NCBI GenBank assembly: GCA_049970775.1
Contig: JBMFMH010000001.1
Location: forward strand, 7,118-60,071
Reading direction: 5' to 3'
Origin: a bacterium
Lineage (GTDB): Bacteria > Armatimonadota > JACIXR01
DNA length: 52,954 bases
Of the stretch, positions 1 through 9,721 are shown piece after piece. Below the pieces are notes generated by a model. The model was given only the letters and a program-made list of their open reading frames with translations. It did not search any database and was not told the DNA's origin. How positions within the stretch are numbered: the first letter of the stretch is position 1; each line of letters opens with the position of its first letter. Made by a program: the position numbers and the translations under genes.

Positions 1-79
1 ATACCCCTTTGCAAAATTTTCAGGCGATGTATAATGCAGGAAAGAAGTATGGAAAATATGTGAAAGGAGATGAGTGTGA

Positions 80-1207
80 ATGAATTACAGGGAGAGATAC
101 TTGGAAACGGCGAGGTTCGGCAATCCCGATAGAGCCTTCCTCGTTCCCCAATGGTTTTGGCACGAGACGATACTTCGTTGGCAGAAAGAGGGGATGCCCG
201 AGGATGTGCATATAGTTCATTATTTCGGCTTCGACCGCTATGAAGTTGTCCCAATTAATCTCGGGCTTGTTCCCGCATTTGAGGTGGAAACGCTCCATGT
301 AGATGAAGCGGAAAGGACGACGATTATCCGTGATTCCGACGGCTCAATTAAAAAGATATTCCTTGATAAATCGGAGCTATCAATGCCTCTTTGGCTTGAC
401 TACCCCATCAAAACGAGGGAAGATTGGGAGGAGTATAAGAAGAGGTTGAATCCTAAATCTCCTTGCCGATATCCCGCTTGGTGGGATGATTACAAGAGAT
501 GTGTTAAGGACAGGGATTATCCTTTGGGCATAAGCGTGGGCTCCTTCTACGGCTGGGTGAGAAATTGGATGGGTGTGGAAAGGCTTTCCTATATGCTTTA
601 CGATGACCCAGACTTCATAAGGGAGATAGACGAATATATAGCGGATTTCGTCATAGAGGTTACGAGAAGAGCGGTGGAAGAGATAGATTTAGATTTTGCT
701 CTCTTCTGGGAGGACTTGGGTATGAAGGTAGGACCCTTGATATCTCCCAGACATTTCCGTGAGATAATGCTTCCCTGCTATAAAAGGGTGACCGAGTTCC
801 TCCACAAGAACGGTATAGATATAATCTGGGTTGATAGCGATGGTAATAACGACCCAATCATTCCCCTTTGGTTGGAGGGAGGAGTGAACGGCATCTACCC
901 GCTGGAAGTTGCCGCTGATGAAGATGCTGTTGCTTTGAGGAAGAAGTACGGCAAAGACCTCCTTCTTATGGGGAACATAGATAAGAGAGTTTTAGCACGC
1001 ACAAAGGAGGAGATAGAAAGGGAGGTCTTGAAGAAGGTGCCTTGGCTTGTGATGCAGGGAGGTTATTTCCCCTTCGTTGACCATTCCGTTCCACCCGATG
1101 TGCCACTCGAGAACTTCCAGTATTACCTTGACCTCGTCAAGCAAATTCTTTCTGACCCTGAGCGCTATTATCATTTGGCTAAGCAAAAGGGCTATGTGGA
1201 AGAATGA
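80..1207 (+). CDS. uroporphyrinogen decarboxylase (URO-D / MtaA-like) family protein
   Basis: 375-aa ORF with GGAGA about 9 nt upstream of the ATG. Overall sequence resembles URO-D family proteins from memory. No catalytic assignment is possible. Confidence 0.55.
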   Translation: MNYRERYLETARFGNPDRAFLVPQWFWHETILRWQKEGMPEDVHIVHYFGFDRYEVVPINLGLVPAFEVETLHVDEAERTTIIRDSDGSIKKIFLDKSELSMPLWLDYPIKTREDWEEYKKRLNPKSPCRYPAWWDDYKRCVKDRDYPLGISVGSFYGWVRNWMGVERLSYMLYDDPDFIREIDEYIADFVIEVTRRAVEEIDLDFALFWEDLGMKVGPLISPRHFREIMLPCYKRVTEFLHKNGIDIIWVDSDGNNDPIIPLWLEGGVNGIYPLEVAADEDAVALRKKYGKDLLLMGNIDKRVLARTKEEIEREVLKKVPWLVMQGGYFPFVDHSVPPDVPLENFQYYLDLVKQILSDPERYYHLAKQKGYVEE

Positions 1208-1217
1208 AAGCTTTATT

Positions 1218-1246
1218 TTGACAGTATGGAACTGATGATTTAAAAT
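1218..1246 (+). promoter_or_regulatory. sigma70-type promoter candidate for recG (TTGACA-17 nt-TAAAAT)
   Basis: TTGACA at 1218-1223, a 17-nt spacer, TAAAAT at 1241-1246. The recG ATG is at 1262. Confidence 0.45.
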
Positions 1247-1261
1247 TAAACTGCCCCTAAG

Positions 1262-3322
1262 ATGCTTAAGAACCCTGTTAGATACATCAAAGGCGTTGGA
1301 GAGAAGCGCGCCTATGTGCTCTCTAAGTTAGGCATTCAAACGGCGCAAGACCTTCTCTATCACTTTCCCCGCCGTTGGGAAGATAGACGCCATTTCAAGA
1401 AAATTAGGGAATTAGTGGACGGGGAAAAGGCTTTGATTTTGGGAAGGGTTCTTGATGCGGAAAGCACGGTAACGAGAAAGGGATTGGTCATAGTTAAGGC
1501 TGTTATTGATGATGTTTCCGGTGTAGCATATCTAACCTGGTTTAATCAACCCTATATGAAGAAAAGGTTCAAATCTCTCAAAGGCAAAAAGATTGTCGCC
1601 TATGGAACGGTAAAGAAAAATAAATGGGGTGTGGAAATAGAGAATCCCGAATGGGAGGAAGTGGAGGATGTAGAGGGGGAAAGCTTGAACCTCGGTAGGA
1701 TAGTTCCTATCTACCCCTTGACCGAGGGCATTTCTCAGCTGCAGATGCGCAAAATAATCAGCAACGCCCTTGATTCGCTCGCCCTTACCTTAGTGGATAT
1801 TCTTCCCTCTTGGGTAAGAGAAAAGAGGAAGCTACTTCCGATTTCGACGGCGATTAGGGAGATACATTTCCCTTCCAGTATTCAATTGCTCTCGGAAGCG
1901 AGAAGAAGATTGGTATATGAGGAGTTTTTCCTTCTTCAGCTCGTTCTTGCCTTAAGGCAAAAGGAGTATAAGGAGGAGAAGGGAAGGAGCCTTGTATTTG
2001 ATGTTTTTGGAGAATTGGAGAAGGTTTTGCCTTTCAAGCTTACGAATGCGCAGAGGAAGGTAATAGAGGAAGTGGCTAATGATATGAAGAAGGGGCATCC
2101 TATGAACCGCCTCATCCAAGGGGATGTCGGCTCGGGAAAGACCGTTGTTGCGGTAGCGGCGATACTGATCGCTGTCCGCTGCGGGTATCAATGTGCCCTT
2201 ATGGCTCCCACGGAAATATTGGCTGAGCAACACTTCATCGTTCTCAACAACCTTCTCTTACCTTTGGGAATAAGGGTAACCCTCCTTGTGGGAGGTATGA
2301 CGCAGAAGGAAAAGCAACTGGCGAAAAAGCTGATAGCTGAGGGGGGAACTGATGTTGTCATAGGCACGCACGCTTTGTTGGAGGAGGATGTTGAGTTTAA
2401 AAATCTCGGCTTGGTGATTATAGATGAACAACATAGATTTGGGGTAATGCAGAGAGCTACTCTTCGCCAAAAGGGCTTGAATCCCGAGGTTTTAGTTATG
2501 ACCGCCACGCCCATACCGAGAACACTTGCCCTTACGGTTTACGGCGATTTGGATGTCTCCGTCATAGATGAGCTTCCTCCGGGACGCCGTCCAGTGAAGA
2601 CTTTTTGGGTTCCTAAATCCAAGCGTAAGTGGGCTTATGCTTTCGTGAGGGAGGAAATAAAAAAGGGTAGGCAAGCATATGCGGTGTGTCCGTTGATTGA
2701 GGAGTCGGAAAAGCTACAAGCTGAAGCGGCGGAGAAGTTAGCGAGTGATTTGGCTCGTTTGCTTCCCGATGTGAAAATAGGTTTGCTTCACGGACAAATG
2801 CGTCCCAAGGAGAAGGAAGAGGTGATGCGTGCCTTTCGGGAAAAGGAGATAGACTTGCTGGTATCCACTCCGGTTATAGAGGTAGGAATAGATGTGGCTA
2901 ACGCTACGGTGATTGTTATTGAGGATGCTGACAGATTTGGCTTGGCTCAACTGCATCAGTTGAGGGGAAGGGTGGGAAGGGGCGAGGCACAATCCTACTG
3001 CATACTTATTGCAACGCCTCGTTCGGAGGAGGCGAAAAGAAGATTACAAGTTATGACCGAGACTAACGACGGCTTTCGCATAGCGGAGGAGGATTTGGCG
3101 ATAAGGGGTCCGGGAGAATTCTTTGGCACACGCCAGCATGGTCTTCCCGATTTAAAGTTGGCGAATATATTAAAGGATGTAAAAATATTAGAAGAAGCGA
3201 GAGAGGATGCTCTTCAGCTTGTGGCTGAGGACCCACACCTAAGAAAGCCCGAGCATAAGGTTCTCGCTAAGGAGATAAAGGAAAGGTTCGGCGACGCTAT
3301 AGAAATGATTGATATAGGCTAA
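1262..3322 (+). CDS. recG: ATP-dependent DNA helicase RecG
   Basis: 686 aa. Walker A GDVGSGKT, DExH box IIDEQHRFG, TATPIPRT, QLHQLRGRVGRG. The N-terminal OB/wedge-like region fits RecG length and layout. Confidence 0.95.
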   Translation: MLKNPVRYIKGVGEKRAYVLSKLGIQTAQDLLYHFPRRWEDRRHFKKIRELVDGEKALILGRVLDAESTVTRKGLVIVKAVIDDVSGVAYLTWFNQPYMKKRFKSLKGKKIVAYGTVKKNKWGVEIENPEWEEVEDVEGESLNLGRIVPIYPLTEGISQLQMRKIISNALDSLALTLVDILPSWVREKRKLLPISTAIREIHFPSSIQLLSEARRRLVYEEFFLLQLVLALRQKEYKEEKGRSLVFDVFGELEKVLPFKLTNAQRKVIEEVANDMKKGHPMNRLIQGDVGSGKTVVAVAAILIAVRCGYQCALMAPTEILAEQHFIVLNNLLLPLGIRVTLLVGGMTQKEKQLAKKLIAEGGTDVVIGTHALLEEDVEFKNLGLVIIDEQHRFGVMQRATLRQKGLNPEVLVMTATPIPRTLALTVYGDLDVSVIDELPPGRRPVKTFWVPKSKRKWAYAFVREEIKKGRQAYAVCPLIEESEKLQAEAAEKLASDLARLLPDVKIGLLHGQMRPKEKEEVMRAFREKEIDLLVSTPVIEVGIDVANATVIVIEDADRFGLAQLHQLRGRVGRGEAQSYCILIATPRSEEAKRRLQVMTETNDGFRIAEEDLAIRGPGEFFGTRQHGLPDLKLANILKDVKILEEAREDALQLVAEDPHLRKPEHKVLAKEIKERFGDAIEMIDIG

Positions 3323-3323
3323 A

Positions 3324-3878
3324 ATGTTGCGAATTGCCAGCGGAAAGGAAAAAGGAAGAAGATTGAGGAGCTTGAAGAGCCTGCGTCCCACCGAGGAGCA
3401 GGTGCGCCAGTCTCTCTTTAACTCCCTTGCTAAGAGAGTAGAAGGGGCAAGGTTTCTTGACCTCTTTGCCGGCACGGGAGTAGTTGGCATAGAGGCTCTT
3501 AGCAGAGGGGCAAGGGAGGCTTGGTTTGTAGATAGAGCAAAAAAATGTGTGGAACTGATAAAGAAAAACCTTAAGGAATGCAATCTTGAGGAAAAGGGGA
3601 GGGTTTTCCTCACCGATGTGAGAAAGGTAGTTCCCCTTTTCTCTAAAAGAGGGGAAAGGTTTGAAATCGTTTTCCTTGACCCTCCTTATAACAAGATAGA
3701 CCTTCTATTTGAATCATTAAACTTAATAGGTGAAGGAGATATCTTAGTGGATGAAGGTATATGCATTGTGCAACACGATTCCCATCTGATTTTGCCCGAT
3801 ACAATAGGAAAATTAAGGAAATTCAACATAAAGAAATTCGGAACGACGACGCTTTCTTTTTACGGGAGGGAGAAATGA
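3324..3878 (+). CDS. rsmD: 16S rRNA (guanine966-N2)-methyltransferase RsmD
   Basis: 184 aa. SAM-binding motif LDLFAGTGVVGIEALSRG and FLDPPY motif. Conserved position upstream of coaD. Confidence 0.85.
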   Translation: MLRIASGKEKGRRLRSLKSLRPTEEQVRQSLFNSLAKRVEGARFLDLFAGTGVVGIEALSRGAREAWFVDRAKKCVELIKKNLKECNLEEKGRVFLTDVRKVVPLFSKRGERFEIVFLDPPYNKIDLLFESLNLIGEGDILVDEGICIVQHDSHLILPDTIGKLRKFNIKKFGTTTLSFYGREK

Positions 3879-4378
3879 TTAAGGCGATATATCCCGGGAC
3901 ATTTGACCCCCCTACTAATGGTCATCTTGACCTAATAGAGAGAAGCGCAAAGCTTTTTGATGTGCTGATAGTCGCCATCGGTGAATCAACTGAAAAGAAA
4001 CCCCTTTTCTCTCTTGAAGAAAGGTTGGAAATGTTAAGGGAGCTCTGCGTCCAGTTCCCCAATGTAGAGGTTGTTCATTTCAAAGGATTGCTTGTGAATT
4101 TCGCCAGGGAGAAAGGGGCTAATATAATTATAAGAGGATTGAGGGCTATCTCTGATTTTGAATACGAGATGCAGATGGCACTGATGAACAGAAAGTTGGC
4201 TCCAAATATAGAGACCCTTTTCCTTATGACTTCGGAAAAGTGGTCTTTCTTGTCCTCGAGTTTAGTGAAGGAAATAGCGTTATTAGGGGGGTGTGTAAAA
4301 GGTTTGGTCCCCCCATTAGTGGAAAAATATTTAAAGGAGAAGAGGGAAAATGGCAGAGATGAAAGTGGAATTGTTTAG
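3875..4378 (+). CDS. coaD: phosphopantetheine adenylyltransferase
   Basis: MIKAIYPGTFDPPTNGHLD nucleotidyltransferase motif. The ATG at 3875 forms an ATGA overlap with the rsmD stop. The tracked ORF start at 3761 is an out-of-frame extension into rsmD. Confidence 0.93.
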   Translation: MIKAIYPGTFDPPTNGHLDLIERSAKLFDVLIVAIGESTEKKPLFSLEERLEMLRELCVQFPNVEVVHFKGLLVNFAREKGANIIIRGLRAISDFEYEMQMALMNRKLAPNIETLFLMTSEKWSFLSSSLVKEIALLGGCVKGLVPPLVEKYLKEKRENGRDESGIV

Positions 4379-4826
4379 ACTGCTGGACCAATTAGAGGAA
4401 TTGGTGGATTCATCCCGACAGATATTCGGTAAGGCTATATTCGTTGATGTGGAGAAATTCTTTTTTCTTCTTAACCGCATAAGGGTGACGCTTCCTGAGG
4501 AAATAAAAAGAGCAGCCCAGCTAGAAGGGGAAAGGGAGCGGATATTGAGTAAGGCAAGAGAAGAGGCGGAGGCAATCCTGAGGAAAGCGAGGGAGGAAGC
4601 GGCGAGGTTGACGGAGGAAAGCGAAATCACCAAAAGGGCACAGCAAAGAGGGATGGAGATAATAGCCGAGGCGGAAAGGAAAAGCAAGGAGATAATGATT
4701 GGTGCGGAGGAATATGCTAAGGATGTTTTGGTGCAATTGGAGAATTATCTTTCCCGTGTTTTAAACGCTGCTCGCAAGGGAATAAGCGAGCTTGAGGAAA
4801 GATTGAAGAAAAAAGGAGGCGGTTAA
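4350..4826 (+). CDS. coiled-coil protein of unknown function (ATP synthase subunit b/H-like heptad region)
   Basis: 158 aa, rich in E/R/K/A repeats (REEAEAILRKAREEAARL). AAGGAG lies 10 nt upstream. Overlaps the coaD 3' end by 29 nt. No enzymatic motif. Confidence 0.6.
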   Translation: MAEMKVELFRLLDQLEELVDSSRQIFGKAIFVDVEKFFFLLNRIRVTLPEEIKRAAQLEGERERILSKAREEAEAILRKAREEAARLTEESEITKRAQQRGMEIIAEAERKSKEIMIGAEEYAKDVLVQLENYLSRVLNAARKGISELEERLKKKGGG

Positions 4827-4827
4827 A

Positions 4828-5841
4828 TTGAGCCCATTGCAAAGGCTTAGAGAGGCTGTTAAAACAAAAAAGCAAAGGATAGTCCTCCCGGAAGGACACG
4901 ATACCAGGGTTTTACAAGCAGCGAGGAAAGCCACTGACGAGGGGCTGGCGGAGGTGGTCCTCTTAGGCGATGAGGATGATATATACTCTATAGCGAAGGA
5001 GAATGGGGTGGATTTAACCGGCATTGAGGTGATAAATCCGAAGAAGTCGCCTAAATTAGATGAATATGCAAGCGTTCTGTTTGAGCTGAGAAAGCATAAG
5101 GGGGTAACTTTAGAGCAAGCCTATGAAATGGCTTCCTCTTATCTTTATTATGGTGTGTTAATGGTTCACCAGGGTGATGCTGACGGGGAGGTTTCCGGGG
5201 CAACCCATCCCACGAGCGATACCTTCCGTCCCGCCTTGCAGGTTATAAAGTGTCAACCAGGTGTGGAGATAGTCTCTGCTTTCTTCGCGATGATAGTGCC
5301 CGATTGCCCTTATGGTGAAAATGGGTTTTTCCTTTATGCTGATGCCGGCTTAGTGATTGAACCATCCCCAGCGGAGCTTGCGCAAATAGCTATCTCAACT
5401 GCTGACACAATGCGCTCTCTTTTCGGCTATGAACCAAGGGTTGCTATGCTCTCTTTCTCTACGAAGGGTTCCGCCTCCCATCCCTTAGTTGATAAGGTGG
5501 TTGAGGCAACAAAAATAGCCAAGGAGCGTCGTCCGGACATAATTTTGGATGGGGAGCTTCAGGTGGATGCCGCTCTAATCCCCTGGGTAGCGGAGAAGAA
5601 AGCGCCCGGCAGCCCAGTGGGTGGAAGAGCGAATGTCCTGATTTTCCCCGATTTAAACTCGGGAAATATAGCTTATAAGCTAACGCAGAGACTGGCTAAG
5701 GCGGAGGCATACGGTCCTATTTCCCAGGGATTAAGCAAGCCCATAAATGATTTATCAAGGGGATGTAGCGCTGAGGATATCGTGAATGTTATAATCATAA
5801 CCTCCGCTCAGTCCCTTGTTTTAAAGGGTGAGTTGCAATGA
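4828..5841 (+). CDS. pta: phosphate acetyltransferase (short PTA_PTB type)
   Basis: 337 aa. Motifs SGATHPTSDTFRPALQ, FSTKGSA and FPDLNSGNIAYK. TTG start with AAGGAGG 9 nt upstream. Confidence 0.9.
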   Translation: MSPLQRLREAVKTKKQRIVLPEGHDTRVLQAARKATDEGLAEVVLLGDEDDIYSIAKENGVDLTGIEVINPKKSPKLDEYASVLFELRKHKGVTLEQAYEMASSYLYYGVLMVHQGDADGEVSGATHPTSDTFRPALQVIKCQPGVEIVSAFFAMIVPDCPYGENGFFLYADAGLVIEPSPAELAQIAISTADTMRSLFGYEPRVAMLSFSTKGSASHPLVDKVVEATKIAKERRPDIILDGELQVDAALIPWVAEKKAPGSPVGGRANVLIFPDLNSGNIAYKLTQRLAKAEAYGPISQGLSKPINDLSRGCSAEDIVNVIIITSAQSLVLKGELQ

Positions 5842-7079
5842 AGGTTCTCGTTATAAATTGTGGAAGTTCCTCTCTCAAATATCAGCTCATAGAGCTTGAG
5901 GGAAATATTGTTATGGCGAGGGGAATAGCGGATAGGGTGGGATTGCAATTGTATGAGAGCGCAACCCTTACGCATAAGGTAAATGAAAAGGTATGGAAAT
6001 ATGAAGTTGATATGCCGAACCATTTCAAGGCAATGGAGGAAGTAGCTAAAGTGCTCACGCATCCCGAGATGGGGGTTATAAGGAAATTGGAGGAAATAGA
6101 GGCTGTAGGGCATAGAGTGGTTCACGGTGGTGAGCGATTCACGGAGCCGGTTCTAATAGATGAGGAAGTGGAAAGGGCAATTGAGGAATGCGCTAATCTC
6201 GCCCCTCTGCATAACCCTCCAAATCTCACTGGCATAAGAGCAGCAAAAGCGCTTCTCCCCAATGTCCCCCATATAGCGGTATTTGATACCGCTTTTCATT
6301 CCACTATGCCACCCCGCGCTTATATCTACGCCTTACCCTACGAATTCTATGAAAGATATAGGATTAGGAGATATGGTTTTCACGGAACCTCCCATTATTA
6401 TGTTTCAAGGAGGGCAATCCAATACTTAAAGGAGAACTTCTCAATAGAGCCTTCTCAATCAAAAGTTATCACTTGCCACTTGGGCAACGGCTGTAGCGTA
6501 ACGGCGGTTTTGGGTGGAGAATCAATTGACACGAGTATGGGTTTGACTCCCACTGAGGGTTTGGTTATGGGGACCCGCTGTGGCGATATTGACCCTGCGA
6601 TAATCCCCTTTCTTATGGAGAAGGAGGGTCTTACCCCCAAGGAGATGGATGACATTCTAAATAAGAAAAGCGGATTGCTCGGCATATCGGGGCAAACTAA
6701 CGATATGAGAGATATAGAGGAAGAAATAGCGAAAGGAAACAAGCGGGCGAAGTTGGCATTTGATATATTTTGTTATAGAGTGAAAAAATATATAGGAGCT
6801 TACGCAGCGGTGATGGGTGGTGTGGATGCCTTAGTGTTCACCGGTGGCATTGGTGAAAATGGTCCAATGGAGCGGGAAGCGATATGTTCCGGGTTGGAAT
6901 TCTTGGGGATAAAGATAGACCCAGAGAAGAACGAGTCCACTATTAGAGGGAAGGAAGGAGACATAAGCGAGAAAGGTGCCTCTGCGAGGGTTTTGGTTAT
7001 TCCGACGAACGAGGAACTCGTGATAGCGCAGGAAACCGCGCGACTCGTTTCAAATATGAAAGGATGTGTTGAGAAATGA
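5838..7079 (+). CDS. ackA: acetate kinase
   Basis: MKVLVINCGSSSLKYQL, HRVVHGG, FDTAFH, GFHGTSH, FTGGIGEN. ATGA overlap with pta. Confidence 0.96.
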   Translation: MKVLVINCGSSSLKYQLIELEGNIVMARGIADRVGLQLYESATLTHKVNEKVWKYEVDMPNHFKAMEEVAKVLTHPEMGVIRKLEEIEAVGHRVVHGGERFTEPVLIDEEVERAIEECANLAPLHNPPNLTGIRAAKALLPNVPHIAVFDTAFHSTMPPRAYIYALPYEFYERYRIRRYGFHGTSHYYVSRRAIQYLKENFSIEPSQSKVITCHLGNGCSVTAVLGGESIDTSMGLTPTEGLVMGTRCGDIDPAIIPFLMEKEGLTPKEMDDILNKKSGLLGISGQTNDMRDIEEEIAKGNKRAKLAFDIFCYRVKKYIGAYAAVMGGVDALVFTGGIGENGPMEREAICSGLEFLGIKIDPEKNESTIRGKEGDISEKGASARVLVIPTNEELVIAQETARLVSNMKGCVEK

Positions 7080-7606
7080 AATTGGATTTATCCGAGCTTA
7101 TCAAATCAGCGGGAGCGGTTATTCCCTTCCACTTGGAGGAGGAAATAGAGGTGGAAGGAGTAGAGCTCCTCAGTCCAGTGATAGCGGATTGCAAGTTTTC
7201 TAATACTCACAGGGCGATAGTAATAGAATGCGAGTTTGACACCAGCTATATGGCGGAGTGTGTTCGTTGTTTAAAGCATTTCCCCTATCACCTTCATTTT
7301 GCCTTCCAGGAAGCATATACTCGGCAGGATTTGATGTTGGATTCCAAGGGCAATCTGCTGACGGAAGACGAGGATATTCGCTCGGTTTTTGAAGGTTATG
7401 TGCTTGACTTAAGCGAGCTTTTACGCCAAAATATTATCATAGCTCTTCCCGTAGCGCCCCTCTGTTCCCCCGATTGTAAAGGGCTTTGCCCCAAATGCGG
7501 CAAGGACTTGAACGAGGGGGAATGCGATTGTGAGAAGAAAAAAATTGACCCACGCTGGCAGAAGTTAAGCGAATATAAGAGCAAAGGAGGTATGAAAGTT
7601 GGCTAA
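7076..7606 (+). CDS. yceD: YceD/DUF177 family protein (23S rRNA accumulation protein)
   Basis: 176 aa. C-terminal Cys cluster CSPDCKGLCPKCGKDLNEGECDC. Conserved position immediately upstream of rpmF-plsX. Confidence 0.8.
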   Translation: MKLDLSELIKSAGAVIPFHLEEEIEVEGVELLSPVIADCKFSNTHRAIVIECEFDTSYMAECVRCLKHFPYHLHFAFQEAYTRQDLMLDSKGNLLTEDEDIRSVFEGYVLDLSELLRQNIIIALPVAPLCSPDCKGLCPKCGKDLNEGECDCEKKKIDPRWQKLSEYKSKGGMKVG

Positions 7607-7787
7607 TCCAAAGCGGCGTTTCTCGCACTCAAGAACTGCAAAAAGAAAGGCAAGATGGTTAGCCCTCAATTGGGGCGGTCTTTCCATCTGTCCTCATTGT
7701 CATTCCTTGAAACAGGCACATCGGGTCTGCCCATCCTGTGGATATTACAAGGGAAACCTCGTCGTGGAAGAAGTTAAAAAGAAGTGA
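7599..7787 (+). CDS. rpmF: 50S ribosomal protein L32
   Basis: MANPKRRFSHSR N-terminus and CPHC...CPSCG zinc ribbon. TTG start with AAGGAGG 8 nt upstream. Confidence 0.93.
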   Translation: MANPKRRFSHSRTAKRKARWLALNWGGLSICPHCHSLKQAHRVCPSCGYYKGNLVVEEVKKK

Positions 7788-8737
7788 GGGAAAAGATTTC
7801 CATAGCTGTGGATGCTATGGGGGGCGATTACGCCCCCCAGGAAATCGTAAAGGGGGCAATTGAAGCTCTCTCTTCGGTTAATAATTTGAGAATACTTTTG
7901 GTGGGTGAGCCCTTGACTTTGGCAAAAGAAGCTGAAGGAATAGAGGGGATGGAGATTTTACCTGCTTCCCAGAGGATAAACATAGATGAGAAACCAGCGG
8001 TGGTGAGGAAAAAGCCTGATTCTTCTTTAATGGTAGCATTGAAAGCGGTAGCGGAAGGAAGAGCTGAGGCGGTTGTGACAGCTGGACACACAGGCGCAGC
8101 TGTTTTCGGGGCGTTGCTTTGTTGGGGTAAGATAAAGGGAATATCCAGACCCGCTATCGCGGCTCCTATGCCTTGCAAGGGGGGTAGGTTTCTCCTTGTG
8201 GATGCAGGGGCAAATGTGGATTGCAAGCCCCAGCATCTATTCCATTTCGCCATTATGGGGAGCATATATGCATCTCAAGTTCTTCACATCCCCAATCCTC
8301 GTGTTGGGCTCCTCAGCATAGGGGAGGAAACAGGGAAGGGCAACAGCTTGACTAATGCTACTTATAAACTCTTGGAAAACGCTCCCCTCAATTTCATTGG
8401 GAATGTGGAAGGGGAGGCTATATTCGCGGGAAAAGTGGATGTCGTTGTGAGCGATGGTTTTGTGGGCAATGTCGTTTTGAAAAGCAGTGAAGGATTAGCC
8501 CAGCTCGCCCTCCATTATATTAAGGAGTTGGGAATGGATGTGCAGAAGCTCATCCCTTATTTTGATTACGCTGAGTATGGTGGGGCTCCCATTCTTGGTG
8601 TTCCTCATATATTGATTAAGTGCCACGGTAGGTCAAGAGCGAAAGCCATTCGTCAAGGCATACTTGTTGCGAAGGAGGCTGTGGAAATGGATATGATAGG
8701 GAAGATTACATCCGCTCTTTCATTGGAAAGGAGTTAG
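7784..8737 (+). CDS. plsX: phosphate:acyl-ACP acyltransferase PlsX
   Basis: IAVDAMGGDYAP N-terminal motif, 317 aa. GTGA overlap with rpmF. Synteny with the fab genes. Confidence 0.93.
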   Translation: MREKISIAVDAMGGDYAPQEIVKGAIEALSSVNNLRILLVGEPLTLAKEAEGIEGMEILPASQRINIDEKPAVVRKKPDSSLMVALKAVAEGRAEAVVTAGHTGAAVFGALLCWGKIKGISRPAIAAPMPCKGGRFLLVDAGANVDCKPQHLFHFAIMGSIYASQVLHIPNPRVGLLSIGEETGKGNSLTNATYKLLENAPLNFIGNVEGEAIFAGKVDVVVSDGFVGNVVLKSSEGLAQLALHYIKELGMDVQKLIPYFDYAEYGGAPILGVPHILIKCHGRSRAKAIRQGILVAKEAVEMDMIGKITSALSLERS

Positions 8738-8740
8738 GAA

Positions 8741-9721
8741 ATGAGGAAGGTAGGAATAGCTGGCTTGGGTGCTTATGTGCCGTCCAAGGTTCTGACGAAC
8801 AAGGACTTGGAGAAGATGGTTGATACGACCGATGAATGGATAACAACTCGCACGGGGATAAAGGAACGGAGAATCGCCGAGGATTGGCAGGCTTCCTCTG
8901 ATTTAGCTTTTGAAGCGGCTAAGGAAGCGCTCGCCAATGCTGATATTAAACCGGAGGATTTAGACCTTATTATAGTCTGTGGTGTAACTTTTGATTATCC
9001 TTTTCCGGCGACCGCCTGTATATTACAGGATAAATTGGGGGCAAAGAAAGCGGGAGCAATGGATATTGAAGCAGGATGCACTGGTTTCATCTACTCCCTC
9101 TCAGTTGCTTACGGATATGTGGCAACGGGTGTTTATGATAATGTTCTGGTCGTGGGAAGCGATGTCCTCTCAAAGGTTACAGATTGGCAGGATAGGTCAT
9201 CCTGCATACTCTTCGGAGACGCAGCGGGAGCGGCGGTCGTTTCCACCTTTAAAGGGAGAGCTGAGCTATTGAATTTTTATCTTCGTTCCGATGGTTCCCG
9301 TGTGGATGACCTTCTCATACCCGCAGGCGGCTCAAGGAACCCAGCGTCTCACAGAACGGTTGAGGAGAGGCTTCATTATATGAAGCTTAACGGACCGGAG
9401 GTCTTCCGCTTAGCAGTGAGAGTGATTGAGGATGCGGTTTTGTCCGTTTTAGAGAAAGCGAAACTCTCTAAGGAGGAGGTAAGCTTGTTCATCCCACATC
9501 AAGCCAACATTCGGATAATAAATACCGCAGCAAGGAATCTCGGCATTCCTGAGGAGAAATTCTTCGTGAATGTCCAACGCTATGGCAATACATCCGCCGC
9601 TTCAATTCCCCTTGCTCTTTATGAAGCTTTGAAGGAGGGGAGGATTAAAGAGGGCGAATATGTGATGCTGGTGGGATTCGGTGCTGGACTTACCTGGGGA
9701 GCTTATCTGATAAGGTGGTGA
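8741..9721 (+). CDS. fabH: 3-oxoacyl-ACP synthase III
   Basis: Active-site Cys context EAGCTGFIY, plus HQANIRI and GNTSAASIP motifs. Confidence 0.95.
   Translation: MRKVGIAGLGAYVPSKVLTNKDLEKMVDTTDEWITTRTGIKERRIAEDWQASSDLAFEAAKEALANADIKPEDLDLIIVCGVTFDYPFPATACILQDKLGAKKAGAMDIEAGCTGFIYSLSVAYGYVATGVYDNVLVVGSDVLSKVTDWQDRSSCILFGDAAGAAVVSTFKGRAELLNFYLRSDGSRVDDLLIPAGGSRNPASHRTVEERLHYMKLNGPEVFRLAVRVIEDAVLSVLEKAKLSKEEVSLFIPHQANIRIINTAARNLGIPEEKFFVNVQRYGNTSAASIPLALYEALKEGRIKEGEYVMLVGFGAGLTWGAYLIRW

Noticed and set aside
9-35. Possible promoter upstream of the URO-D-like gene (TTGCAA ... TGTATAAT)
   Set aside because: The spacer is only 15-16 nt and the element sits at the window edge with no upstream context. 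This is too weak to list as a feature.
3761-3874. N-terminal extension of the tracked coaD ORF
   Set aside because: It overlaps rsmD out of frame. CoaD family proteins begin at the MxxAxYPGxFDP motif, which here starts at ATG 3875 (ATGA overlap).
4331-4736. Antisense ORFs (118 aa and 71 aa) opposite the coiled-coil gene
   Set aside because: They are generated by the GAR/AAR-rich repeats of the sense gene. The products are low-complexity Ser/Leu sequences without starts backed by an SD.
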